A stretch of 58,745 nt of DNA, filler included, from Dimargaris cristalligena (taxonomy: Eukaryota), in the NCBI GenBank assembly GCA_003614675.1. It is 7 parts of 7 records of this genome, joined end to end, with 100 filler letters (N's around TTAATTAATTAA, not from the genome) between each part and the next. Parts side by side here need not be neighbours in the genome. Positions count along the whole stretch, not along the records: positions 1 to 8,355 come from ML003336.1; positions 8,456 to 16,808 come from ML003337.1; 5 more parts are not named here. The stretch is one strand, 5' to 3'. The position numbers and the translations under genes were made by a program. The notes under the pieces are model-generated. The model had not been told where the DNA came from and did not search any database. It was given only the letters and a program-made list of their open reading frames with translations. Shown piece after piece: positions 1 through 11,971 of the stretch (position 1 is the first letter of the stretch; the number at the start of each line of letters is the position of its first letter).

Positions 1-53
1 TCCCATACACATATAATGTAAACCCTTATATAGCTGGGCTGAATTTCACCCAT
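1..53. repeat. Terminus of a dispersed repeat, probably a DNA transposon/MITE end, at a contig edge
   Basis: CCCATACAC...TTCACCCAT (~50 nt) recurs at the starts of three contigs (1-53, 8458-8510, 42125-42177) and similarity stops at ...CACCCAT. A degenerate reversed copy lies near 16644-16695. Confidence 0.65.
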
Positions 54-3000
54 ATTGTTGTATATTTATGCTCGCATTAATGGGGGAGGGGATCTGTAAT
101 TAGGGGAGGCCGCGTTGGTGGGTCGTTTTTAATCACTGCATAGTCAATAGGGGATATCTACTTCAATATAATCTGGTTTCCCGTTATCTTCATATCCCCC
201 AGCCCTAAAGACTATTAGACCCCCCGTTTTTTAACGGTACATACAAGGAAAGCGAGGCATGCACTCATCATTTACCCGTCCCTTGTTCTGTACGTCCCGT
301 AAAAAGTCCGCTAAAATACTACCCCTTGCTAACAATAAATCGTTGAATTCGGAATCATCTCTTGAGTGGCCGAATATATAAAGGGTAATAGGAAGGCAAA
401 CAATAAAGGAAAAGGAAAAATGGCCATCGATTTTCGAGGTTTACATGTCGGCGCCGCTGCTTCACGGAATCCCTTGAAAGTATCACACCTTGACTAAGGT
501 CCTTCCCACTCCCCTCCCCTTCGCCACCTCTTGGTGTCTTCTTCATCACTAGTGTGTCCCTTCATCCCCATCATTACCGTCGACAGTCTCCCCTCTACCA
601 CCATGTATTATCGAGGTGCTCATACAGAGTACGGTCTAGTCCAGCGGGCCCGTGGGCCCCTAAACTCTTTTTTTTTATGGAGGATGGTTATGCCCTGGTC
701 ATATGAGGAATGCGCGTGGCGGTGGGGTCTCGGTGATCCAAGGGCTCTAGGAGTTAGTTATTCTGATCATTGTGGGCACAGTTGCCAACTCCTCCTCCCC
801 CAGACCATGCCCGCGGGGCTACTGCACTATGAAAGACTAACAATTTTTTACTATTCCCCCCTCTCAAATGGGAGATGAAACTTATTCGACGTGGGAAGGA
901 GGATGAGGTCGAAGCGGAAGCGGAAGTTCGCTGGCGCGAAGAAGGGTATTGAGGGGGAGGTGTTGTCGGGTAAGGGATATTTAGGGGAGGAGGAGAGATG
1001 TTAGCCGTACGGGAGAACTCCCCTTCCCTGTTGGTTGATGTCTGCTTGGCCAATGCGCCCTTGACTTCCACCAATGAACTCGGCCGTCTATATATAGGTC
1101 ATGCCTAATTCTGGGAATACTCCGATTGGGACGATGGTTGGACCTCATGCAAAGGAACAGACGCCGGAGAGCAGGGGTGGATTTTTCCCCTTCATCTCTT
1201 TCAATTATGCCCGCCTCGCTTTATCCGGCCTAAGCGGCAATGTATTGGGCCCCTGTAGCGAATGCGGGAGAGCGGTCTGGTCTTGGCGTTGGTTAATTAT
1301 TTAGCCCGATTCTAGTACCCCTTTTTTTGGCTAGTATAGGCCAAAGTGTACGTCGGGAAACGCTAATAAATGGGTTACCGGATCGGATGGCCTATAATTA
1401 GAGTAGCCTAGAATAACAACACCCGTTATGGAAGTTATAGGAGCCCAAGTTTAATCGGCTGGCGTACCTGTGCAAAAAGGGATACTGGGATAATTATCGG
1501 GGTCTCATATTTTCAGTTCTTTTGGAGACCCACCCAATCCCTCATATCTTTAGAATGCCTTGGCAAAAGTAGCGGCGTGGTCTGGGCCCACATGGGCCTA
1601 CGAAGGAGAACCGTTATTGGTTATGCTGGGGACCCTTGGGTGGTAGGACAGTGCAGTTCGTACTCCCAAACAGGGCACGTGTACAGAGTACAGTGTCGCA
1701 GTAGACGGACACCCAGCAGGTGTAACCCATGTGCCCATTAGCTAGGCCTGCTACTAAAGCAAACCGTCGGTGGGTGAAGTGGGTGTAGTGGAGGTGGTCG
1801 ACGCGTCCGATTGTACACATGCCTAAATAAATATATGGCCCGGCAGAGGGGGGAGATAAGGGGATTCTGCAGCGTCTCAGGCTGGCCCATAAAACCCTCT
1901 AAATGAATGGACCCGGTATGGTAAGGGAACCGGTAGAAGTGCAAGAGCATCCTCTCTCTATATTGGGTGCTTCTGGTACTGTTCAGTGTGACGCGGAGGC
2001 AACAAAGAGCCCTCCGAGAACCCGGCCCGATATTAGCTACAGAGGAGGATACTGGAGGACACAGTGAATCACGCCCCTCTCCCCCTTGTTCCAATTGAAA
2101 AATGGTGATGTCAAGGGATCTTATAATCGATGTGCTTACGGGGCTCTGTGGACCATAAGCCACCAGCCCTAGGGAGATATCCCCAACAGGAGCCTATCGG
2201 TACTCTGGGCAAAGATAAAGGTGGGAATATGAAGGAGATATATTTCAATAATGGAAATAATGGAGAGAAATACGGTTTTGCAGCCAAGTCGGTAAAGAAA
2301 TGTAAGTGTCTGGTAGCTCATGAAGAAGCGGCTTCATATAATCGACTAGCCGGTTTGGGTTGCCGTTTTTGGATCAGGTACTAGTGTGATGCCCCTTTTG
2401 GTGTGTGAGTTAAACAACGAATGCATCCGGCTGAAAGGGAGTGGGAAAGTTGGAATTTTATGATCTAGGGGATTCACCGCATTGGGTCACTGGGCAATAT
2501 TCCTCCCCGCCCTCCGACATATCCCAAAACCAATCTAAAACTAGCCCTGGTATTAGGATGTATCTAAATACGGGTCAAGTCGGTGGTTTCTAAGCACCGT
2601 CCAGTTAAACAGTCTAGCATCGGCTGCCTTGTCGGGAATCCGAATACAATAGTATTAATATTGGCGAAAGTGTATATGTAGTATAGACGAGAGAGGCCGA
2701 GATAAATGACTGGCTCGGGATTGGTTGCACTTAAGCCAGAGGTAGTATAATACTATTGCTTTACTTTGATGAATTGGCGGCTGATCAACAGGGGATGGGA
2801 CGAGGAGTGGTGGGTGGTGAATCAGTTCAGGCCCTTGACTGTTAGGACCAGTGCCTGGGCCCTGAAAAAAACTTAAGGGGGAGGCAGGAGGGGGACATGC
2901 AGATTATATAGGCAGAGAGATCGATCTATCCATTATCAACTCTCACTAGAGCCTATTTAGAAGCCCAGTTCAAGTGGGCAGTGCCGGCTGTAAAGCATAC

Positions 3001-3422
3001 CGCCGGGGCGATCCTGGAGATCTCTGGTGGTTGTATCGGGTCAAGTCACGGGGGACGATGGTGGTAGTTGGCGCGTGGTGGTCAGTATAGCTGGACTATG
3101 GCGCTGCAAAAGGAAATAGCTGGCCGGTGATCCTGCTGTCATTGGAAAAGGAGTCAGAGCGCGATAGATTATTATATAGTATAATACTATACCCCTTATC
3201 AAAGCAAAGGCGCAGAACCCTGGGCGTTTTGGGACATGTCAACCTGAGATGTGTATGTACTACACACCGGCTTCTCTTTCATCTCACGCCAGGCCCAAAC
3301 CAGGCATCATCATATACTAATTAGAAGCAGCAGTACTCATGTCCCCGCTAATTCATGTAAATATTATGCCAGCGCTATCCACATCCCTTCACTGCCAGTT
3401 GCTCTTGAATACAAGCATACCC

Positions 3423-3449
<27 letters not shown>
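3423..3449. repeat. (TA)n microsatellite
   Basis: Perfect AT dinucleotide run upstream of the large ORF. Confidence 0.9.
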
Positions 3450-3454
<5 letters not shown>

Positions 3455-4009
3455 TCATGTACATATCCACCGCTTCATCCCATTTCCGAGCACAAGGTAC
3501 GGCTTCCAAACGGGCTTCACCTTACACCTTCACTTCATACCTTCTAGTCATCGTAGCTAATTAATACCTGGACAAGGAGAGTCCGCACTGACTGTGTAGG
3601 CTTTAGTACTGTCTGTCTATTCTACTCCTATTCACTCTCTCTATATAGCAGTTTTGTTTCCCCTCTGGCTGTTTGCACCTCTCTCTCTCTCTCTGTCGCT
3701 TTTCTAAGTTGTTCTGTATTTTGCTCATCCGAGCCGCCTGGTTGTACAGCCTGCCACCATAACCTGAGCAACAATACCTCCATTTACTATTATTGTATTT
3801 CTATCCCACTGGGCTCCTGCCTGCACTCTCAGTGTTATTTTTCGCTCCTGAGGAAAGTCTCCGGCCACCCTTCCCCGACTCTATTATACTCTTTGTCTCC
3901 AGGTTCTCCGTCCAAGTCCTCCCGTCCACTCCTTATTCTTATTACGCCCTTTAGTCGCCATCTCTCGTTAGTCCGACCCCCAGTGTTACACCCCGGCGTC
4001 CACCTCACC

Positions 4010-7000
4010 ATGTCGGGCCATATTCGCGGGGGTGCTTCGGTCGATTCATTACTGATGACCTTCCAGACCGCCCTTACCTCCCTAGATGAAACCCCTAAAC
4101 CTAATACCAGTCAGCGACCGGCGGACCCAAACTCCTCCGTACCCCGCCCTGCCCCCATTCCTGCCACCGCAGAAAGGTCGGCACTAACCCGGAAACCCCC
4201 CAAGGCCGCCCCACCCGCCCTCCCTACCATCCCGGCCGCCCGGGTGGACCGCGAAGGCCCACGTTCAGCCACTCTGCCCCACCGGCCCATTCCTCGTGCC
4301 CCTGTCCAGGGAACCGCCCTCGGCCTTGGTGCCAAACTCCCGCCTGGCCCACACCACCGCCACCGCGGCGGCGGTAGCAGCAGCCGTAAGGCCCATTCCG
4401 ACCCCGACGATTCCGAGGACGACCTAGAGAGGGTTGACCATCCCCGGTCGGCCCGTTCGAGAGGGACCGGATTGCTAGATCTCGCCCAGTTTCTGAAGGA
4501 TACGGAACCCCCCGCCAGCCCCGAGCCCCCCCAGCAACCGTTCGCCCTGGCTCCCCCCTCGGGTCCGGGCAGTACCAAACCGAAAAAGTCGGGCATGTTC
4601 GATAATTTGCGAGGCTTAACCCATAAACTCAATTTCACTCGGAATCCGGGCCGGTCCCCTCTGACTAAAAAGAATTCAAAATCCGACATCATCCCCACTA
4701 CTAACGGGCAGCCGGTGGTCAGTCGGAGTCCGGGTCTGTCGTTCACCCGGTTGGGCCCTAAGGGAGGAGGAAGCGATCGGCGTCCCCTGAGTAGCCACGA
4801 ACCCGATTCGACCAAATCTAATACGGCTACGATTAGCAGTAGTTGTGGTAGCAATCATAGCTTCCCAACGGCCTCGCGCACGTCGTCACACAAATCCTCC
4901 GACCAATTATCATCCATGGCCGAGCCAAGCAGTCCTAGTAGCAAGTCGAGGGCCTGGTCCCCGAGTTCACCCTCGTCCACTAGCCGCCATCCCCCGGTTC
5001 CCGCCTCTTCCCTTCGTCCGCCATCGCTGTTCGATTTCCCCGCGGCCAGCCCCTTATCGTCCACCACCATGTTTACCCCTTCCCCTACACACAATGCCGC
5101 CACGCTACCCCGGTCTAACCGCGATCATATTGCTGCCAATGGAACTGGGGATCCCGCGGAACGGGTCCGTCTCCAACATCTAGCGGACCAACCGGGTAAA
5201 CACCACCGCCAAAGTCGCAGTTTCTCGCATTCGAACCACAAGCTATCGGATCTCATGGTGCCGCCACAGTCGCCGTTAGGTGCCCAGGCCGAGGAAGCCA
5301 AATCCGGGCACGCCCGTATCGGTAGCAAGGCTAGTCCAACGGGCCGGCTTCGATCGATCACGGCGGTTAATTCAAGCCCAGTGGAACTGGCCAAAATATC
5401 AACCACCTTGGCCACCTCCATCACTACTCTGCGGGATGAGTCAATCTCCCCGAAATCAGCCGACGGGCCGATGGCCGAACGGAGTTTATCATCGGACGCT
5501 TTATCAGCAACGGCCACGCTATCAGTGCCCGAGTTCATCGTCCCCCGCACGGCTGCCTTGGCCGCGGCCGCGCCCGGGGGGTCCGCTTCCACCCTGGGCC
5601 GGTCCCGCACCTGGAAATTATCCAACTCTCTGAAGAACGCTTCCGCCCAACCAGGCGGAATAAACGCCTTAGGCAAGGGGCCCGCGGGGGTATCAGCCGA
5701 TGTGATGGCGCTGAAGACGACCCCCATGGACGGTACAATGTCCCTCGGTCGTAGCAATCGCCTGGCTCATGCCACAGCGTCCCAGAACGGGGACTCGTCA
5801 TCCCCCAACGCATTGCAACCGTACTCTTCATCGGTATTATCGGCGTCAACGGCAAATTTTGCGACCGAACCCCTATCGGCCATGACCACCGGTCTTGGTG
5901 GTAAGTCAGTTAGCGCCAATACCAGCCCCACTGATGCGGCGGTATCCGGGGAAAAGTGGGTGCTGGTGCGAAACTTCACTAAATACGATTCACGCAAGAC
6001 CAGTGCTACCGCAGCAGCGGCTGCTACAGCCGTAGTGGCGGCGGCGGTTGAGGCCGGAACTCCACCGCCGGCATCGGTCGGTGACTTGCTGGACATTGAA
6101 GCGGTTCACCACCATCGGCATCACCATCCACCCCGGGGACCGATCGATACATCCGTGGCTAGCGGGCAGCCTCCCATCCACCAAACCAGGTCTAACCCCG
6201 TTGTTCTCCCTACAATGACGAAGCCCGCCACCGCCGGTACTTCCGAAATCTTCGCGCCCCTTGATGATATGACCGGTGATGAATTGACGTCCCCGATATC
6301 GGCCAGCTTGGAAATCCCTCCCCGGATTTCCTCAGCCTCTCTTGGCAATGGTGGGGGCAGCAGTAGTACCACCAAAGATAATAGTGGCGGAGGATTGCCA
6401 CCCTCGATCCACCAATTAATTCAGCCCACCCGCAAATCATCTAACCAGTCGGGCATGATTTCTACTGTTTCATCGTCCTCACCTTTTCCTTCACCCTCGC
6501 CATCACCATTGGCATCAACCACTTCTACCTCCGCTGCTGTGGCGGCCGCGGCTACTACCACCCATCACCATGCGACCGGCGGAAACGGTAGCAGTGGCGG
6601 GGGATTGTCCATTCAGTTCCTGGAAGATGCGTTGGCTCGGTTACCCAAACTATCCCGTGAAGGGAGTCGGGGTGGCGATATATCCCAACGTCTTAGTACA
6701 CCATCACTCGAAGGTCTGATTCAGCGGGTGCAAAACATAGCCGGAGGTAGTAACCAGCACCTTCATTACATCGGGAATACAGGTACCGCAATCGGACCCA
6801 GCGGCTTTGCTGCCAATTCGCAGGTTCAGGCGCTCGACTCCATGGAACTGGCGGATGTCATTACCCAGTCGCGTAAGCGCTTGCAATACTACCGGAGGTT
6901 ATGGCAGGAGGTGACGGAACCCGATTCGGATCTGACGCGGTGGTTACAGGCCCAGCCCACTACCACTATGCCGGTGACGATGGCCACCACCACCACATTT

Positions 7001-8355
7001 GGTAAGCGGTCGGCTACTCCACCTACTATTATAAATACGGGACTACGAAAATTACCTCTGGTCAAATCATCCAGTAGCACCCCAACCACTCCATTGACGA
7101 CCCCACCCGCTTTAGACCGCAGTGCAAGTGCTAGTAGCAGCGGTGGCCACACGCATGGCAACGGGTCGTCCCTGTTTCTTAGTCCCAAGTCCCGCGAACT
7201 GATTGATCAGATTCTTAACCAGGGAGGGGGTCAGGTGGACAGCACTGGCTCCAAGATGCCAACTGGGTCGGCGTCGGGACCAGCTGCGAAGCCCTTGACC
7301 CTATCCCTGTCTTCCTCGTCATCATCCTCATTATCGCCCAGTCCATCCGAAACCCCTTCGCCCCGGCCCTCAGGACCCGGCCCAGCGACTCACCCCATGG
7401 TCAATTATGCGGCTAGTCTATCCCCACCTAATTTATCGTCCACTGGCAATATTCACGAGGGCAGCCGGAATCGGAGTGGCAGTGGCAACGGCAACGGTGG
7501 TCTCCCACTCTCCACATCCAGTCGATCGGCTACTTCGCTGTCATCCCTAACTAATGGGAATTTACTCCACCTACCTGCAGCCAATCACGGTGGGGCAGGT
7601 GACCCCCGGTTCCGCAGCTACGAATCCATTTCGCATTCCGAAGTAGACTCCGTTGATACGAATAATTTCGGTGGGTATTTCGGATCGGACCCTAATTTAC
7701 CGTTGGGTACTATTTCGAACCCGTTGGCGACGGAGTTTGGTGGAAAGAGGGGTGGTTCTGCTAGTGCAGGCAGCGGAAATAGTGCAGGTGGGGGTTTTCT
7801 GCATTCATCTATGACTGATCTCAAACGGGGACGGAAATCCAAACGAGGTCGCGACAATCCCTCATCGTCAACAACCAATCTGACCACAGCCTCTAACTCA
7901 TCCGGATCATCCCGGTCGGCCTTTCTAACTCGGCGATTAAATGGGGCGTTCGGAAATAGGGACCGTAGCCATACTAGCGGTAGTGATGGGACTGGTAATA
8001 GCGATAACGGCAGCGCTGGCCGTGGCCGTAGTGGCAGTGATACGGGGCTTGGAGGAGGGGGAGGGTTAAGCAGTACATTGGCAGCTATCCGTACCAAGAA
8101 AAAACCCTCTAAATTACGTGAGTTATCGTCCTCCGCCTCTCCCATTCCGGCGAAATTGGCCACGACCACGACCACCACCATTGCGGCCGCTCGGGGTCGT
8201 CAGCCGTTGAAAGTCTTGCCCATGACTGGCCTTGATGCCCAGGGGAATTATAGTGCGGCTAGCTTGTTGGGGAAAAAATTGGCCGGTTTTAAGGTGTCCC
8301 CCACTGAGGCCAAGTCGCTACTGTCTCCGTCGGGACCAGTAGTGACCGTGGACCA
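4010..8355 (+). CDS. Large Ser/Pro/Gly-rich, mostly disordered hypothetical protein, 3'-truncated by the contig end
   Basis: Uninterrupted >1440-codon ORF. First ATG in good context (CACC-ATG at 4010, MSGHIRGG). Short ordered islands such as LLDLAQFLKDTEPP and ELADVITQSRKRLQYYRRLWQEV. Runs into the N spacer. Confidence 0.8.
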
Positions 8356-8455
8356 NNNNNNNNNNNNNNNNNNNNNNNNNNNNNNNNNNNNNNNNNNNNT
8401 TAATTAATTAANNNNNNNNNNNNNNNNNNNNNNNNNNNNNNNNNNNNNNNNNNNN
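8356..8455. other. Artificial contig-joining spacer
   Basis: 44 N + TTAATTAATTAA (stops in all six frames) + 44 N. Confidence 0.99.
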
Positions 8456-8457
8456 TA

Positions 8458-8510
8458 TCCCATACACATATTGTGTAAAATCTTATACAGTTGGGTTGAA
8501 GTTCACCCAT
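8458..8510. repeat. Second copy of the contig-edge repeat terminus
   Basis: Matches 1-53 and 42125-42177. Confidence 0.65.
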
Positions 8511-9054
8511 ATTCAACAAATTACACAACAACTCCTAGCTAAACAGGCCCTCTCCTCAATAATCATGGACACTCCCTCTTCCAACTGACAAAGATAGGCT
8601 GCTCCATTTTTTACATTTTGGCATTACCCTTTAATACTTGAACCTTCGCACAATGGTGCTATTATTTTGAAAATCGAGTTTTACATGTATTTTTTGAAGA
8701 TATTATGGCAGAGAAGGGAATATAGTTGCACATTTGATAGTGCGTAAAGAGACGCTGTGAGCGAAAGTAATTTAATTAAAACATACCGATAGGCTGTCAA
8801 AATGAGTGGATTAGGGCAGTCACTTCCCTGGGATCGTTTTGTAGGCTTAATTGCGGTGCCCATCAATAATAAAAACATAGTGGAATGGGTTTCAAATAGT
8901 CAACACTATGATTCAGAGAGATCTAGTTGCTCTCATTAATTATGAACATCGCTGTGAATTGGGCGGGACAGTAAATCCGCTGCATTACGAGTGAGCTGAT
9001 TTACCTACCACCCATCAAATGCCATCGGAATCCAAAACCGGAAACGATTGGCGT

Positions 9055-11193
9055 CTATGGGCCGCGCTTGGCCTTCTTCGGGGGGGATTTACTCCGGGCT
9101 TCCTGAGCTAATTCCGCAATAGCGGCATCCTGCAGCACAAACGCCTTGCACTCGGCTTCGGTACCTTTAGGGTGGAGGATTTGCCAGTCCATGATGTGAC
9201 TTAGGATCTGACCGATGATGGGTCCAGGTTTGATGCCCAGGATCGAAGCCGCCTGACTACCCTGGAGGCGGTGTTTCCACAAATGACAGGAATCCAATTG
9301 ATTGTTGCGAAGATAGTCGAAAAATTGGGAGTAGGGTTGAATTTGTAGCTGGGGCGCTTCGGGTAGATCGGATTGGGTGACCTCATCGGATTGAGGTTTT
9401 CTCTCGACGTCCTTTAAAGACTTGCATAGGGTGAAGAGGGTGGCGGCGGGCCAGAGCGGGCCAACGTCTCGAACAAACTGGCCAGCCTGGATTCGAGTGG
9501 ACCGGCTCTGATCATCCTCGAGGCTGGAGGGATCCGCTTTAATTTGCTTGACTAGGCTTTGGACGTTTGGTACCGAGGTGATGATCCGGTGGCATTGTTC
9601 CATATCTTGGTTGGAAAGCTTTAGACTGTTTCGGACAATAAACTGCGGGCCGGTCAGCTCCCGCTTACCATCGGGTATGCGTACATCCCGGAAGGGAAAC
9701 AAGCACGCCGATAGATAAAGTAGGCGCCGGCGATTTTTCAACTCGACTACGCGATCCTTATGGCGTTTGGTCGTTAGTAATGGCAGCCAGCCTCCTGAAT
9801 AGAACCTAGTTACAGGGGGCAAACATTTAGGATATGGCAGAATTACCGCAGGTTAGATTTGCGATAAAAGTAATAATGGTTACGTTGGAAAATATGCTCA
9901 AAGGGCATGTGGTCCATGAACGGAAGATGCGATGTCAAGGATCCGCCCAGGGCAAGTTGCTGTCGATCAACTAACTCAACTTTTGGGCAATACTATTCAT
10001 GGGGTGGATGTGTACAGAATACAAAATATATAATTCTTACCGTTCCAAATTCTCAGTAATAGACATCACATCGTCGGTGTCACGAACCAAATCGCTCTGG
10101 TCAGAAGGAATGGCAAATACGATGGGCATCAACTGGAGGTCCCGAAGGTAACGGACGGCCTGGGCTGCATTTTCATGGCTCAACATCTTATCTACTTCCA
10201 CACCGATCCGTTCCCGACTAATTTTTTTGTCCAGGGCCTGCCGAATATCCTCCGACTGAACTGCTTCGGCGATGGAAGGGTCCAATTTAAACGAGAACCG
10301 ACTGGCGAAACGGACGCAGCGCAGAATCCTTAGGGGATCATCCCGAAAGGTCTCGAAGGCGGCCAGCGGGGTCCGAATCACCCGTTCCCGTAGGTCGTCG
10401 AGGCCCTTCTTCGTGAAATCCTCGACTTGGCCAGTCTGAATATTATAAAAAAGCGCATTGACCGTGGCATCCCGGCGGAAGGCATCTTCGGAAGGGGTGC
10501 CAAAGTCCATGGTGGTGGGTACCCGACTCGACTCGTCGTAGGTTTCGCTGCGGAGATTAACGAAATCAATGGCCTGGTCAAACACCATCATGGTGGCGGT
10601 TTCGAGGTGCTTGGACCGCTCCGGATTGCTGCTGATTTTGGCCACATGGCAGTTGCGATTCCCGGACGCCACTAGGAAGTGATTGAGGCGCTCGGCCAGC
10701 TGGAACCCAGTCATGGTATCGACGGCGACATCAATATCATGGGATTCTAGGCCTAGCAGCTGGACAAAGTAGATGGCGTAGTAGTTCACGGGGAAGCAAC
10801 AAGAGTGGGCATTGGGATAACCAGAGAGTTAGTATTCAGTGGGCCATAGACCATCGACAGATATAATGTGATATAGTATGACGTACCATTAATGAACCAG
10901 CAAAGGAAGACTATAGGCCCCAGTTCCAGAGAAGGGTAGCTTACCTTATCACGAACCCACCCACCGGCGATTCGCAGGGTCATGGGCGGCTCCTGCGGGT
11001 GGGTGGAGTGGTGGTTCTCGGCCAGCTGCTTAAGGACATTGACTATTTTAATTTCATGGGGTGTAAGGGTGATGGACATATTGGGGATCCGGTGACTCGA
11101 AAATAGGTGGAGGTGAAGGAAATGGGGGGTGGCAGAGACTACCGAAAGGCTACGGCGGAGTAGAGGAAAAGGACCTGGCAGCAAGGCATACAT
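9055..11193 (-). CDS. CCA1: CCA tRNA nucleotidyltransferase, 3 exons (11193 or 11079..10945, 10759..10041, 9805..9055)
   Basis: Class II NTase motifs LRIAGGWVRDK|LLGLESHDIDV, IDFVNLRSETY, EDAFRRDATVNALFYN, DDPLRILRCVRFASRF, ISRERIGVE. Introns GTAAGC..CAG and GTAAGA..TAG keep frame. C-terminal PPKKAKR. Confidence 0.95.
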
Positions 11194-11812
11194 AACCAAG
11201 GCGTCGATGAAGGAGAAAAATATATATTTATATAATACACTGGTTATTAGAGTTAGAATATACACAAGCTATAATAAGGTTGGGGGGCTTGGAATGGGGA
11301 GTGTGCTACGCCTCATTATATGGCCTTTGTTGCTGGGGTTGGAAATACGGGGGATGCATAGGAATGATTGATTAAAATTACTCTGCCATAGTAGACATGC
11401 TATTGTCCATCCAACGCTACCTCAATGCCAACCATGATGAGTCGGGGTTAGCGATTGGGCACGTGACAGACTATTCTCCTCACCCATCCGCCTTCCAAAG
11501 GGGAAAATCCCACACGTCTTGTTGAGCTTGTTTTGGTCCAACAGCTTAATCAACGGGTGAGTGAAGACATGGGCAAGGCTAATTAAAAGCACCTACAACT
11601 AGCACTCGTCTGCTCCAAAGCAGCAGGCCTACTTGGCACTGCCCCGACCCTCCCCTCCCCTTTGTTCAGCCTACTAGATATTTTATTCAGTTTCTCTCCT
11701 AAACCCCAACTGTTGCCCAGAGATTGAGGTCCCTAACTCTTCATTTCATATTTGGCAAACACCCTACGACTATCTTTTCCCCTACTACTAGAGTTTATTC
11801 TTACATCCCGCC

Positions 11813-11971
11813 ATGGGTCTACCGAATTTCCGGGCCATTTACGCCTCCTTCCGCACCCCCGAAGAAGAGCGCCGGATTCTACAACGGGCGTTCTTGCGCC
11901 TCACTGGCTTCGTCGGAATCTGCGTCTCCATGGCTCTGTTCGCCAGCAAATTCGGCCGGCGAGTCCTGTAG
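11813..11971 (+). CDS. 52-aa single-TM tail-anchored microprotein resembling a small TOM subunit (Tom5/Tom6-like)
   Basis: GCC-ATG-G start, MGLPNFRAIYASFRTPEEERRILQRAFLRLTGFVGICVSMALFASKFGRRVL*. GC-rich coding-like codons, hydrophobic C-terminal helix followed by basic tail. Divergent from CCA1. Below the ORF-track cutoff. Confidence 0.6.
   Translation: MGLPNFRAIYASFRTPEEERRILQRAFLRLTGFVGICVSMALFASKFGRRVL

Noticed and set aside
8356..8455. Regularly spaced TTAATTAATTAA palindromes about every 8.4 kb
   Set aside because: Artificial six-frame-stop linkers between length-sorted contigs. Gene adjacency across them has no biological meaning.
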